Virus record (IMG/VR): IMGVR_UViG_2934319770_000001
Location: 1,376 to 65,375 of that record
Direction: 5' to 3' (one strand)
Length of the DNA: 64,000 nt
Source of the DNA: a virus
Lineage: Duplodnaviria; Caudoviricetes
The notes below the pieces were generated by a model. It was given only the letters and a program-made list of their open reading frames with translations, searched no databases and was not told where the DNA came from. The stretch's first letter is position 1; every line of letters begins with the position of its first letter. This document shows, piece by piece, positions 9,301-19,996 of this stretch. Made by a program: the position numbers and the translations under genes.

Positions 9301-9972
9301 TCAGGTGGCCGTCTGGTACGTGCCCCAGATCCGGAACACGTTGGTCGTCGCGGGCGTCCACGGCGAGTTGTCCGTCCAGACGTTCGCGTCACCAACCACA
9401 CTCGCGTTCGGGAACCACACCTGATCCGTGGTCGTCGAGCCGCCCTGGAGCAACACGTCGCCGATGCCATGATTTGGGGTGGAAACGCGGGAGAAGGAGG
9501 CCATGAGGGCGCCCGGGTCGCTGCCGCTGATCGACGCCGTCGTGAACGGCAGGCTGAACCGGTAGGTGCCGGACCCGCGGTTCGTCGTCGAGCCGATCAC
9601 CAGCTTGATGAAGACGCTGCACGTGGTCCCGACCTTCATGTACTGGCCGGTCAACGTCCCGTTCCCGAGTGCCGGGTTCGTGGTGGTAGCGCTCCACGTC
9701 GGGGAGTACGTGCTCCACGAGGTGGTCCCGTAGAAAACCCCACGCCAGGCGGTGCCGTCGTAGACCTCCAGCGTGTTGACGTCCTGGAGCCACGTCGTCA
9801 TCCCCTCGACCGGCACGGTGAGGGTCGCGTTCCGAGCGGACGCGGAGGGGAAACGCATGATCGACCGTTGGACGATCGGGTCGGCCAAGTTGAACGCGAG
9901 CGTCGCCGCGTTGGGGGCGTCGGTCAGGGACGCGATCTGCACGTTCTGACCGTACGCGTCGGTCGTCGGCAC
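9301..9972 (-). CDS. Minor tail / fibre-like protein
   Basis: MRFPSASARNA..PVEGM..YDGTAW, WSTYSPTW, YRFSLP. Confidence 0.7.
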   Translation of the reverse strand: MPTTDAYGQNVQIASLTDAPNAATLAFNLADPIVQRSIMRFPSASARNATLTVPVEGMTTWLQDVNTLEVYDGTAWRGVFYGTTSWSTYSPTWSATTTNPALGNGTLTGQYMKVGTTCSVFIKLVIGSTTNRGSGTYRFSLPFTTASISGSDPGALMASFSRVSTPNHGIGDVLLQGGSTTTDQVWFPNASVVGDANVWTDNSPWTPATTNVFRIWGTYQTAT

Positions 9973-9982
9973 GGGGGTCCTC

Positions 9983-10594
9983 CTAGGTGAGCCGGTAGCG
10001 GGCGGCGACGTCGAGGGCGGCCCAGCTCGCGGTGCCGGAGTAGTCGGTGATCTGCACGGTGCCGTCGGCGTTGATGTCGAGGACGCCGAAGACGCCGCTC
10101 GCCACCTCGGTGACGTGGCGGGCGCGCTTCGCCGGGGCGGCGGCGGCCGGGAGCGTGCCGACGGTGGCAACGCCGGTCGTCGAAGCCGGCGCCCGTGCGA
10201 GTCCGGACAGGGACGCGGTGCCGTCGCCGTTGATCCGGTACGCGGGCGTGTAGTACGTCGCGGAGAACGCCGACCAGCCGGACGCCAGGCTGAGCGTCTG
10301 CCACGTGCCGGCCGACGTCGCCCCGGCCGTCCTGCCGGGGACGATCCAGTTGCCGGAGCTGGAGCGCATCAGCACGACCTGGTCGCCCACGGTGGGGTTG
10401 AGGTAGGTGTCCAGGCGGCGGGCAATGATGCTGTCGCTGGTGGTGATCGTGCCGTCCGTGCCGACCGTCCCGACGATCGCCAGCCGCCAGTCAGCGCCCC
10501 GAACGGCCGGCGTGCTCGCCCCGGCCTCCACGGCGCCGGTGAGGATCGCGTCCGCCAGCTCGGCGTGCACCGCCATCTCAGACGAGCCCGTCAT
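9983..10594 (-). CDS. Minor tail protein
   Basis: YLNPTVGDQVVL; WQTLSLASGW; position in tail module. Confidence 0.7.
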   Translation of the reverse strand: MTGSSEMAVHAELADAILTGAVEAGASTPAVRGADWRLAIVGTVGTDGTITTSDSIIARRLDTYLNPTVGDQVVLMRSSSGNWIVPGRTAGATSAGTWQTLSLASGWSAFSATYYTPAYRINGDGTASLSGLARAPASTTGVATVGTLPAAAAPAKRARHVTEVASGVFGVLDINADGTVQITDYSGTASWAALDVAARYRLT

Positions 10595-11682
10595 GCGTCC
10601 TCCTTCGCGCTGATCGTCGTAATGGGGAAATCGCCGCCCTCGGCCAGCGGCACGGTCATCCCCTGCACCTGGTGCAACTCCCGGCTGCCGTCGGCGTACA
10701 CCACCCGCAGCACGTCGCCGGGCGTCAACGCCGGATTGGGCAGCGCGGAGAGGTCTCCGGAGGCGTTCGGGGCGGTGGCCGCGCGGAGCTTCAGCGTCGC
10801 GGCGGCCGTGCACGCCGCGGTCGTCGTCAGCGTCGACGACGTGTAGAACATCGGGCGCCGGCCGAACGGGCCGCCCCAGTACGTCGGGCTGCTGGCGTCG
10901 TTGTCGACGACGAGCGCGCTCACCGGCGGGCTGTTCGTCTCCGTGTTCTCCCCGCGCGCCAACACCCCGTTATGGACCTTGTCGGCCGTCATGCCGCGCG
11001 TCGCGCTGACCAGGACGCCGCCCTCCCCGGCCGCCACCGTCCACACCGGCGGCGTGGTCAGCAGGTCCGGCAGCTCGGCGACCGTGAAGACCCCGTCCGG
11101 GTCGGTGTAGCACTCGGCGCCGAGAGCGGCGGCCAGCTCTTGGACGGCCGCCCAGGGGTCGCCCTCCAAGTCCCAGGTGCGCGGGCCGATCGCGGCGTCC
11201 GTCGCGATGCTCACCACCGAGGCGGCCGGGAGGCTCCGCTGAATCAGGGTGGTGATCGCGGCGACCGCCGTGCCGGTCGCCCGGTACGGCGCCGTGAAGC
11301 GGTCGTCCGAGATGGCCGCCTCCAGGCTCTTGCCCGCGATCGTGACCGGACCGTAGTCCGGATCGCCGGACACGGAGTCCACGCGGAAGACGCCGAGCGG
11401 CACCAGCTCCGTGGAGTCGTCGCTGTAGCGGACACCCCGGCTGATCCGCAACGTCGACCCGTACACGCTGAGTTTGTCTGCCGGGGTGCGCGGGATCAGC
11501 GCCGGGTCGGCGACGGTCACGGAGCACGTGCGGCGGATCGCCTGCCCGCGGTCGATGGTCACCGACCCGCCGGTGTGGTCCAGGCGCTCGACCAACCCTG
11601 TGGTCCGGAACAGCACGACCTCCGTGACCACGGTGTGAGGCTCGGCCAGCGCGGCGAGGAACCGGGCAGAGACGGAGTACAC
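10591..11682 (-). CDS. Minor tail protein (DUF5047-like hub)
   Basis: GGSVTIDR..IRRTCSV..VPLGVFRV; position. Confidence 0.8.
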   Translation of the reverse strand: MYSVSARFLAALAEPHTVVTEVVLFRTTGLVERLDHTGGSVTIDRGQAIRRTCSVTVADPALIPRTPADKLSVYGSTLRISRGVRYSDDSTELVPLGVFRVDSVSGDPDYGPVTIAGKSLEAAISDDRFTAPYRATGTAVAAITTLIQRSLPAASVVSIATDAAIGPRTWDLEGDPWAAVQELAAALGAECYTDPDGVFTVAELPDLLTTPPVWTVAAGEGGVLVSATRGMTADKVHNGVLARGENTETNSPPVSALVVDNDASSPTYWGGPFGRRPMFYTSSTLTTTAACTAAATLKLRAATAPNASGDLSALPNPALTPGDVLRVVYADGSRELHQVQGMTVPLAEGGDFPITTISAKEDA

Positions 11683-11685
11683 GGA

Positions 11686-13923
11686 TCACCCCCCGGCGCG
11701 CTGGTCCAGCAGCACGTTCTCCCACGTGCCGTAGATGTCGATCGGGTCCTGCCACATGGCGTTCTCGGTGAGGATGTCCTGCCACGTCCGGCCGGCCGAT
11801 CCGGCGACCCCGACAGCGGTTGGCATGTCCACCTGCGTCAGCGGCAGCGTCCACTCCCGCCACGCCTCATCCGCCCGCGCCACCGCCCGCGGCAGGCCCA
11901 CCTCGCCGACGGTGACGTACAAGTCGCTTTCGTGCAAGCCGGGGGCGGTCTGCCACAGCAGGACGGCACCGGAGTCCAGCAGCCAGTGCAGGGCCTCCGC
12001 CTCGTCGTCCGACCGCGTCCACACCACCAAGTCGCCCTCGACCCCGGCGCGGACGTCGGAAAGCACGACGGCGTTGCGACGGCCGCGCACCCGGTAGGTG
12101 CTCTGCGCCACGCTCCTCTTCCACGCAGGAGGCGCCTTCACCACGAACCGGCTGTTCCGCTGGGGGCGACCGGGGTCCTTCAGCCAGCAGAAATTCGGGT
12201 CGCCGGCGGTAAGGGTGACGGCGCCGGTGGTGTAGGTGGCGGGCGTGTCCGCCGGGGTGGACTGGACCTCAGCCACGTAGTACACCGGCACGCCGAGGGG
12301 CGCCTCGTAGTCCTCGATGACCAGTTGGTCGGCGGTTATGGCCGTGTACCGCAGGAGCCCGGACGGGCCCCGGACGAGTGTCCGGGCACCGTCCGGCGTG
12401 ATCCGGTACACCGAGATGAGCTGTCCGACGGCCAGCTCCCGGAAGGTCACGGTCACCGAGGCGGTGGTGTCGTGCGGGGCGGCGGAGGTGATCGGGAGGG
12501 ACTGCCACAGGGCGAGCCGGTCCATGCGCCACACCGAGCCCGCGGCCGTCGCCGTCAATGTGTACTCCAGCGCGGCCTGCGTCGCGGTCGCGGGGGCTGG
12601 CATGGTGTTGCCGAGGATCCACCAGCCGCTCCCCGGGACGGCGCCCGACGAGCCGACGCTCAGTCCGAGGTCGGTGCCGGCCGCGTCGTACCAGCGGATG
12701 CCCCGACTGAGCGTGAAACCCCCGGTCGTGACCTGGGAGTAGACCTCCCACCGGAAGTCCTTCCCACCCGTGCCAGGCGGCAGAGGGAAGCGGGCGCTGC
12801 GGATGGTGCTGGTGGTCGCGGTGGCGGAGGTGACCGTCCCGGAGTACGCGCCGTCGAAGGCCAGCGCCCCCCACGGCGTCGACCGGGCCAGGGTCGCGGT
12901 GCCGGAGACGACCGACCAACCAGCCACCCCCTGCTCGAACGAGGCGTCCGCGTACGGGATGACGGAGCCAACCCGGAAGACCGGCGCCGTCTGCACGACG
13001 GCGCCTTCAACGCGGAGCACCTGCCCGGCCGTCGCCGAGTCCAGGCCGGCCGCGATCGAGCACGACGCCGCCGCAGCCGGGGCGACGGCGGAGACGTACT
13101 CCCGGTACCAGCCCGTCCCCGGCGCGGCCAGCGTGCTCCGGGTCGCCTGGATCTGCGTGCCCGTGCCATCGTAGAACCGCAGCTCCACCCACGCCGTCGA
13201 GCTGGAGGTGGGCGGGTTGAGGTAGCAGGACGCCACGTACTCCGTGCCCGGCGTCGCGGACGGCCGGTCCGTGGAGCGGATCGACGCGTTCCCGGCCGCC
13301 GTCGCGGTCATCGCGATGACGTGGCCACCGGCAAGGTAGTAGTCGACCGCCCACGACACCGGCGGCACCTGGCGCGTGATTGTCGAGTTGACCTCGTTGA
13401 GCCAGCCGGACGAGTCGACCTCGCTGGACTCGGTGTTGAAGGCGAAAAGGTTCCCGTTCGTGGTGACCGGATAGCCGAGGTAGAAGTTCTCGTAATACGA
13501 GTAGACGTTCGCGGCGGCTGGGCTGGAGGAGACGAGTACCTGGGCCCGCGCCGCCGTGGCCGGCGCCGCGCCGCCCACGGCGATCCGGTGCCACGACGAC
13601 GAGGCCGGCGACGTCGTCAGCGACCACGTCACGCTCACCTCGGCGTTGGCCGAATTGAGCCACCGGATCCCGATGCGCTCCGGAACCGTCGCCCCGGACG
13701 CATCGCAGAACGCCTGATAGACGACCCCGGGCGTCACCGCGTACGAGGAGACCGTGCGAGCCTGCATCTCCCCGGCCGCGGTCGACTTCACCGCGAGGCA
13801 GCCGTCCCCGTTCCGGCCGCCCGAGCCGAGGCCGATGGTGCAGTTGAGCTTGGCTGTCCAGCCGCTCGTGTTCGGGTCCACCATCTCGGTGGTGGGCGAC
13901 AAGAAGTTCCCCGGGATCGCCAA
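11686..13923 (-). CDS. Minor tail protein (Dit-like, with carbohydrate-binding-like repeats)
   Basis: Three beta-rich repeats, DYEAPLGVPVYY, WLKDPGRP; follows tape measure. Confidence 0.75.
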   Translation of the reverse strand: MAIPGNFLSPTTEMVDPNTSGWTAKLNCTIGLGSGGRNGDGCLAVKSTAAGEMQARTVSSYAVTPGVVYQAFCDASGATVPERIGIRWLNSANAEVSVTWSLTTSPASSSWHRIAVGGAAPATAARAQVLVSSSPAAANVYSYYENFYLGYPVTTNGNLFAFNTESSEVDSSGWLNEVNSTITRQVPPVSWAVDYYLAGGHVIAMTATAAGNASIRSTDRPSATPGTEYVASCYLNPPTSSSTAWVELRFYDGTGTQIQATRSTLAAPGTGWYREYVSAVAPAAAASCSIAAGLDSATAGQVLRVEGAVVQTAPVFRVGSVIPYADASFEQGVAGWSVVSGTATLARSTPWGALAFDGAYSGTVTSATATTSTIRSARFPLPPGTGGKDFRWEVYSQVTTGGFTLSRGIRWYDAAGTDLGLSVGSSGAVPGSGWWILGNTMPAPATATQAALEYTLTATAAGSVWRMDRLALWQSLPITSAAPHDTTASVTVTFRELAVGQLISVYRITPDGARTLVRGPSGLLRYTAITADQLVIEDYEAPLGVPVYYVAEVQSTPADTPATYTTGAVTLTAGDPNFCWLKDPGRPQRNSRFVVKAPPAWKRSVAQSTYRVRGRRNAVVLSDVRAGVEGDLVVWTRSDDEAEALHWLLDSGAVLLWQTAPGLHESDLYVTVGEVGLPRAVARADEAWREWTLPLTQVDMPTAVGVAGSAGRTWQDILTENAMWQDPIDIYGTWENVLLDQRAGG

Positions 13924-13927
13924 GAGG

Positions 13928-16900
13928 TCACCCCTTCCCTGCCCGTAGCCGTTGCACCAGCTCGCCGTTGGAGCGCCGGACTTCGGCCCGCGCGATGTCG
14001 GTGATCTCCCGGTCCCCGACGTACACCTGCACGTGCAGGTCGCCGAGCGACGCACCGTCGGAGCCGCGGGCGGCCAAGGTGGAGATGGCCGACCACTGCG
14101 ACGGCGTCAACACCGCCTCGGGGTCGGTCAACCCGTTGAAGCCGAGGCCACCGGGCATCAGCCAGCCGCCCGAGTCGTAGCCGCCAGGACGGTTGTAGGC
14201 CGCCGGCAGCGAGCCGTACGCCGCGAGCGCGTACCGCATGGACGCGATGATGTTCGCCAGCGGGTTGACCGAGACGCCGTACAGCTTCGGGCCGACGGTG
14301 CGCATCGGTCCGGCGTAGGCGTCGAAGGTCGGGCCGATGACCTGCATGAGGCCCACCGAAGGTGTGCCCGCGAGCCAGTTGCTATCCCATTTGTTGACGA
14401 TCGTGGGGTTTCCACCGGATTCCTGCTCCATGCGGCGCAGGGTGATGCCGACGTAGCTGAGCGGCTGGCCGAGCATGCGGAGGGCCTGCTCGACGACGCC
14501 CGTCCAGCGGGCGACGCCGCTTCCGCCCCCACCGCTTCCTCCGCCGCCGCCGAAGATCCCGCCGAGGCTGCCGATCGCGCTTTTCGCCGTGTCAACGATC
14601 TTGTCCTTGAGGCCGCTGATCATCTTCAGCGGGAGCTTGCCCATCATCTTCGCCCAGTGGCTGTCACCCACCTTCGAGATCAGCCGGACCACGGGACCGA
14701 TCGCCTTGTCCCAGACCTTCGACGGGTCCGTGAAGATGTCGGTCGCGTCGCCGATCCAGCCGCCGATCTTCTTCCCGGCGCCCTTCACGCCGCCCCAGAC
14801 GTCGTCGACGATGCCGCCGAAGTCGAAGTGCTGGACTAGCCCACCGTTCGAGAAGCCCGCCGGCGACGTGCCGCCGCGCCCCCACGAGTTGAGGGCGGCG
14901 ATGGCCGGGGCGCCGCCGAGCGCCCGCACCGTCTCCGGGACGAGCACGCCCTCACCGGGGGAGAGCATGGCCGGCACCGTGTCGCGGCGCGGCCGGTAAC
15001 CGGGGACCATCCCGCCGTCGGCGAACTTGACAACATCGAGTTTCCCCAGGTCAAGGAGGTCTGCGACCGAGTTCCAGACTTTCCTGATGCCGTTGTTGTA
15101 GACGGTGTCAACGACGAATTGCACCGGCTTGCGGGTCTTGTCACGGATCGTGTCCCAGACGCGGCCGATGTAGTCCGCCGCCGTCCGGAAGCTGTCCGCG
15201 ACCGTGCCGACGGCCGACCGCAGCGCGTCGAAAGTCGGCTTGACCGCATCACGCCACACCGCCGAAATTACGGCGCCAATAGCCCGAAAAGCCGGTTCGA
15301 TGGCGTTTCGCCACAGCCACGACGCGGCCGACGCGATCCCGTCGAACGCTGGTTTCAGGGCGTTCTGCCACAGCCACATCCCGATGCGGGCCGCGTACCG
15401 GAAGTCGTCGACGATCCCGTTGATCGTCGGCTTGATCGCGTTCTGCCACAGCCACAGAGCCACGGCCGCGATGCCCTCGAACGCGGGCTGGATCGCTTCG
15501 GTCCACAGCCACTGAGCGATGGCTCCGAGCGTCTTGATCCCGAGGTAGATCGGACCGATGACGACGACGAGCAGGATGCCCAGCAGGATCCGGGCGCCCT
15601 CCTCGATCGCCGCGAAGACCGGCTGCAGGATGGTCTGCCACAGCCACACGGCCGCGTCGCCGATCGCCTGGACGGCCAAGACCAGCGCGTCGAACGTCGG
15701 TTTGAGGACGTTTTGCCAGGCCCACACGGCGGCCGCCTTGATCGCGTCCCACACCGCGATCACGCCGTCGCGGAACCAGCTCCAGTGGTTCCAGGCGTAG
15801 ATGATCCCCGCGACGAGCAGCGCGATGGCCGCGAGAATGGCCGCGACCACGGCGACAACCGGGTTCATCAGCAGGCTGGCGTTCGCCAGATCGATGGCGG
15901 CGGCCCAGCCCTCCGTGAGGAGGGTGGCAATGATCATCGCCCCGCGCCACGCCACCATCGCCGCTGCTGCGGCGAGCTGGGCCACGGCCCACAGGCGGGT
16001 GACCAGCCACAGCCCGTACATCGCCTGGAAAAGTCCGGGCACGTGGTCGGCGAGCCAGCCGATCGAATCCGCGAGCGCGCCGAGGACCGCGAGGGCCGGG
16101 CCGCTCAGCGGCTCCAACGCCTTGGCGACCGACAGGAAAGCCGAGGCGATCTTGCCGAGCGCCTCCGCCAGGACCGGCGCCTGCGCCGAGCTGTAGGCGA
16201 GGAACCGCTCGAACGCGGGGCTCCCGCGCAGACCGGTGCCCCAGTTGGCGAAGCGGCCGGCCAGCCGCTCCATGCGGTCACCGATCCCGCCGATGTGCGG
16301 CAGGAAGGCATCGACGACCCCGACCATGCCCCGGAAGATCCGGCCGAAGGTGACGCCCAGCGAGACGAGCGCGGGCTCGACGGAGACGGCCAGGTCACGG
16401 CGGAAGGTGGTCCACCACGGCTTTTTGAGGCCGGCCGACGCCCGGTTCTGGAGCGTGCGGACCGCGCGGGCGGCGGCCAGCACCAGGGGGGTCAGCCCCG
16501 GCAGGGACTGGCGGATGCCGTCCAACCCCCGGGTGAAGATCGGCATCACCTCGGGCTGGAGCGACGCCGACCACTCCCGGAATGCGCCCCTCAGCCGGAC
16601 GAGCGCGTCAAACGTGCTCCGCGCCGACGGCGACAACTTCGCGAGCGAGGCGGCGTACTTGTCCTGGGCGGTCGCGGCCTTCCCGGCCGTCGTGGCGGTG
16701 GTGGTCTGGGCGGCCTGGATCTGCCGCTGGGCGGAGGCGATCGAGTCCGCTGCCTGCTGCTGCGCCTGGACGACGCGCTCCTGGGCGCGCGCCACCGACT
16801 CGGCGCCCTGCTGCTGCACCCGCGCCGAGTTCACCTGCGCCTGAGCCAGCCGCTTCTGCGCGTCCGCGACCGCCCGAGCCCCCGCCGTCTGCGCCTTGGT

Positions 16901-18472
16901 GATCTCCGCCTGGGCCTGCCGCAGCGCCGTGGTCTTCTCGACGACCGACTGCTGCGCCTGCGCCAGCCGCTCCTGCGCGGACCGGACCGTGTTCGAACCG
17001 GCGACGCCGGCCTTGTTCGCCGCCGCCGTGTCGGACTGGAGCCGCTTGACCGCGAGTTGCTGTTCCTTGAGCCGCTGGACTGCCTCGTCGTACGCGAGCC
17101 GGGCCTGCTCCCGCTGAAGCGCCGTGGCCTTCGGGTCGGCGAGCGTCTTGTCTAGGGCGGCCTTGGCCTCCTGGAGCTGGAGCGCGGCAGACCGCTCCCC
17201 GAGCTGGGCATCCGCCAAGCTGTTGTTGAGGTCTTCGAGCTGCCGGACGGCCTCGGCGCGGGCGCGCGTCAGATCCTCCTGGGCGCGCCGCGCGGACTGC
17301 TGCGCCTGCGCGAGCGCCTGCTCGGCCTGGACGACGCGCTGCTCGGCCTGCCGCTGCCGCTCGGCAGCCTGCACGACCGCATCCGCCACCGCCTGCCGCG
17401 CCGCCTTGACCTGCTCGGCCGCCTGGGCGTTGGCCTGCGCCGCCTGCCGGACCGCGTCCGTGACGCCGCGCTCCGCATCGGCGACCTGCCGGGCTGCGTT
17501 GCGGTGCGCCGTGGCGAGCGCCTGCTGTGCCCCAGCGAGCTGAAGCGCTCGGGAAGCGGCCTGTCCGGCGGCCTGCCCGCCCTGGGCGGTCGAAGTAGTG
17601 GCCGCATCCTGGGCGGCCTTCTGCGCGGTCAGCGCCTCCTTGATCCGGGAGAACGCCGGCACGGCCACGGCGCCGAGGGCGCCGACGCCGACGCCCGCGG
17701 CGACGACGGCGGAGGTGAACGCCCCGGCGCCGGCCGCGAGAACCGGCAGGGCCGGGATTGCGGAGAGCGCGGCCAGCGACGCGGAGACCTGGAAGATCGC
17801 CGACATGGCGCCGGAGGTGTCGATGTCGACCCTGGCGTGGGCGGTCTTGCCGTCGACCGCGTCGATCTCCGCGCGCACCGCGGCGAGCTGCGTGAGCGCC
17901 GCCGCGGTGTCCGCCCGGACCTGGACGTTGGGGTGCTCGGAGCCGAGGCGGGCGAGCTCCTCCTCGATGATCCGGATCTCGGCCTTGGCGTCCTCGGCGG
18001 AGATATCGATGCCGATCCGGCGGCCGGTCAGCGTCTCCATCCGCACCCGCAGCGCCTGCAAGTCGCTGTCGGCCTCGGTCGTATCGGCCCCGACCTGGAG
18101 CCGCGGCATCGCCCGGAAAGCCGTCTCCAGGCGGGCCCGCAGAGCGCGGGAGAAAGCACCGCCGGTGTCGTCGCCCTGCCGGACGGCGGCCGGCCGGGCC
18201 GTCTGCCCGGCCCGGGTGACGCCGTCGCGTATCGAGTCGCGGATCGCGGCGACGATCCGGGCGGCGATCTGCTGGCCGATCTCGTCGCCGATCCGCACCC
18301 CGAGGTCGGCGATCTGCGCCTGCATCGCCGGACCGAAAGCCCGCCCAGCCGCCCGGCCCGCGTCGTCACCGGCCCGGGTAGCGGCCGGCACCAGGGCGCT
18401 GCGGAGCTGGCCGTAGATGCCCCTGGTGTTGGGGATGATGTCGACCTCGACGGATCCGACGCTGATCGTCAC
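13928..18472 (-). CDS. Tape measure protein with C-terminal lytic transglycosylase domain
   Basis: 1514 aa, Ala/Gln coiled coils, Trp-periodic repeats, QESGGNP..GLMQVIGPTF. Confidence 0.92.
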   Translation of the reverse strand: MTISVGSVEVDIIPNTRGIYGQLRSALVPAATRAGDDAGRAAGRAFGPAMQAQIADLGVRIGDEIGQQIAARIVAAIRDSIRDGVTRAGQTARPAAVRQGDDTGGAFSRALRARLETAFRAMPRLQVGADTTEADSDLQALRVRMETLTGRRIGIDISAEDAKAEIRIIEEELARLGSEHPNVQVRADTAAALTQLAAVRAEIDAVDGKTAHARVDIDTSGAMSAIFQVSASLAALSAIPALPVLAAGAGAFTSAVVAAGVGVGALGAVAVPAFSRIKEALTAQKAAQDAATTSTAQGGQAAGQAASRALQLAGAQQALATAHRNAARQVADAERGVTDAVRQAAQANAQAAEQVKAARQAVADAVVQAAERQRQAEQRVVQAEQALAQAQQSARRAQEDLTRARAEAVRQLEDLNNSLADAQLGERSAALQLQEAKAALDKTLADPKATALQREQARLAYDEAVQRLKEQQLAVKRLQSDTAAANKAGVAGSNTVRSAQERLAQAQQSVVEKTTALRQAQAEITKAQTAGARAVADAQKRLAQAQVNSARVQQQGAESVARAQERVVQAQQQAADSIASAQRQIQAAQTTTATTAGKAATAQDKYAASLAKLSPSARSTFDALVRLRGAFREWSASLQPEVMPIFTRGLDGIRQSLPGLTPLVLAAARAVRTLQNRASAGLKKPWWTTFRRDLAVSVEPALVSLGVTFGRIFRGMVGVVDAFLPHIGGIGDRMERLAGRFANWGTGLRGSPAFERFLAYSSAQAPVLAEALGKIASAFLSVAKALEPLSGPALAVLGALADSIGWLADHVPGLFQAMYGLWLVTRLWAVAQLAAAAAMVAWRGAMIIATLLTEGWAAAIDLANASLLMNPVVAVVAAILAAIALLVAGIIYAWNHWSWFRDGVIAVWDAIKAAAVWAWQNVLKPTFDALVLAVQAIGDAAVWLWQTILQPVFAAIEEGARILLGILLVVVIGPIYLGIKTLGAIAQWLWTEAIQPAFEGIAAVALWLWQNAIKPTINGIVDDFRYAARIGMWLWQNALKPAFDGIASAASWLWRNAIEPAFRAIGAVISAVWRDAVKPTFDALRSAVGTVADSFRTAADYIGRVWDTIRDKTRKPVQFVVDTVYNNGIRKVWNSVADLLDLGKLDVVKFADGGMVPGYRPRRDTVPAMLSPGEGVLVPETVRALGGAPAIAALNSWGRGGTSPAGFSNGGLVQHFDFGGIVDDVWGGVKGAGKKIGGWIGDATDIFTDPSKVWDKAIGPVVRLISKVGDSHWAKMMGKLPLKMISGLKDKIVDTAKSAIGSLGGIFGGGGGSGGGGSGVARWTGVVEQALRMLGQPLSYVGITLRRMEQESGGNPTIVNKWDSNWLAGTPSVGLMQVIGPTFDAYAGPMRTVGPKLYGVSVNPLANIIASMRYALAAYGSLPAAYNRPGGYDSGGWLMPGGLGFNGLTDPEAVLTPSQWSAISTLAARGSDGASLGDLHVQVYVGDREITDIARAEVRRSNGELVQRLRAGKG

Positions 18473-18505
18473 GGCAGCCCCCTCTCGTGTGCAGGGGGCG
18501 CCGTG

Positions 18506-18955
18506 TCAGGCGCCGTTGATCAAACGGAACAGGGCCTCGGCCCCGTCCTCGCTCAGCTTCGGTTTCGGCCGGACCGGGCGGGCGCCGGGGCGCGGGATCG
18601 GCTCCGGCGGCTTCGGCCGCTTCGTCTTGCTGCTGGAGTTCGCGCAGATCAGCACGTACTCAACCCGGCGTACCGCGTCCACCACGGAGGCGGTGAGCTG
18701 TTCGAGCTGCGACCACCGTCCCGCCTCCGGGTCGCTCTCCTCGGCGAGCGCCGCCAGCTCCTCCGCCGGGATCGCCGCACGCAGCGCCGTCTTCGTCGCG
18801 GACTCGGGCGGCAGGTGCTCGATCAGCACCCGCAGCCGCCGCCACGACATCCGACCCCGGTGGACGTCCAGGACGTCCAAGCCGAGGGCGAGCAGGTCGG
18901 CTTCTACCGCTTCCGCGTGCTCCTGGAGGACGGCCGCGGTCCACTGGATTTCCCC
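18506..18955 (-). CDS. Tail assembly chaperone, -1 frameshift extension (gpT-like)
   Basis: EIQWTAAVL..EADLL..SWRRLRVLIEHLPPESAT..PEPIPRPG. Confidence 0.75.
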   Translation of the reverse strand, partial: GEIQWTAAVLQEHAEAVEADLLALGLDVLDVHRGRMSWRRLRVLIEHLPPESATKTALRAAIPAEELAALAEESDPEAGRWSQLEQLTASVVDAVRRVEYVLICANSSSKTKRPKPPEPIPRPGARPVRPKPKLSEDGAEALFRLINGA

Positions 18956-19242
18956 AGGGCCTCCCCGGACGCCTCCGCCACGGCCTGCGCAAAGCGACCG
19001 ATGCTGTCGGTGTCGGGGTCCAGCTCCTCGTACACCTCGTAGTCGTCCGGGTGCAGCACCTTGTCCATGAAGCCGTCGATGTCGCCGCCGGCCATGGCCC
19101 GCAGCGCGGAGGCGCGCCACCGGGTCGCGGGCCGGGAGCGGACGGGCTTGGTGGTGCCGTCGTAGCCGGTGAGCTGCACCGTCACGAACTCGGTTTCGGC
19201 GGCTTCGATCTCCTGGGCTTCGGCAGGGGTGATGTCGGTCAT
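18904..19242 (-). CDS. Tail assembly chaperone (gpG-like)
   Basis: Lies between major tail and tape measure genes; ends GEALGKS at GGGGAAA slippery site. Confidence 0.8.
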   Translation of the reverse strand: MTDITPAEAQEIEAAETEFVTVQLTGYDGTTKPVRSRPATRWRASALRAMAGGDIDGFMDKVLHPDDYEVYEELDPDTDSIGRFAQAVAEASGEALGKSSGPRPSSRSTRKR

Positions 19243-19334
19243 GGGCGCGGGCCTCCTCTGAACTGGCGGCGCGGGCGGAAGAAGGGGAAGGTGGCGGGCC
19301 GGGCCCGCGCCGACGGTGCGGCCCGCCACCGGTC

Positions 19335-19919
19335 TCAGGAACCCGTGTAGGGCGGCGTCACCGGCACCATGTCCGAGTGGTAGACCGTGTTGCCGGCCGC
19401 GTCCGGGTAGGCGGTGACCGTGATCTCGTAGCCCGACATTTCCTCCTGCTTGAAGGTGACGTCCGAGCGGTCGGAGATCTCGCCCTGGGGCACGTAGAAA
19501 CCGCGCGAGGACGAGCCGTCGATCACGACGAACCACCAGCCGCGCCGGTCCGGCGTCGGCGACGCGGTCTCCGCGAACGTCGTCTTGCCGGCGGTCGGGG
19601 TGAGGCTCGCGGACGGGATCCGGAACATCACGCTCTGGACCGCCACGCGCGCGGTCTCCCACAACGTCATCTTGAACGTCCTCACCGACTTCGTGATCTG
19701 CGTCCGGAACGGCGAGGTCAGACCCCAAGGCGTGAACGTCTGGCTGTCCTCGTCGAATCCGTAGACCAGGCCGTCGTCGCTGATGGCGCCGAGCGGCTCC
19801 CACGGCGAGGTGGGCTGGACCGTCGGGTCGGCGGGGGCGGCGGTACCGGTCGGCGAGACCCAGCCGCCCCCGTTGGCGCCGATGATCGTCAGGTCGGCGG
19901 CGCGGGTGATGTTGACCAT
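19335..19919 (-). CDS. Major tail protein
   Basis: LGAISDDG..TPWG..LWET..YEITVTAYPD. Confidence 0.85.
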   Translation of the reverse strand: MVNITRAADLTIIGANGGGWVSPTGTAAPADPTVQPTSPWEPLGAISDDGLVYGFDEDSQTFTPWGLTSPFRTQITKSVRTFKMTLWETARVAVQSVMFRIPSASLTPTAGKTTFAETASPTPDRRGWWFVVIDGSSSRGFYVPQGEISDRSDVTFKQEEMSGYEITVTAYPDAAGNTVYHSDMVPVTPPYTGS

Positions 19920-19996
19920 GGGGTGTCTCCAGGCATGCAGAAGGCCCGCGCTCGGGCGGGAAGGGGAGGGTGCTGGCGCGGGCCTCCCGGGGCCGG

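Noticed and set aside
10672-14004. 1110-aa plus-strand ORF and other long antisense ORFs (e.g. 15119-17155, 25173-26855, 56098-57834)
   Set aside because: Arg/Gly/Pro-rich shadow frames opposite clear phage genes, typical of high-GC DNA.
15200-17640. Periodic repeats in the tape measure gene
   Set aside because: Expected Trp-periodic and Ala/Gln coiled-coil protein repeats, not a DNA element.
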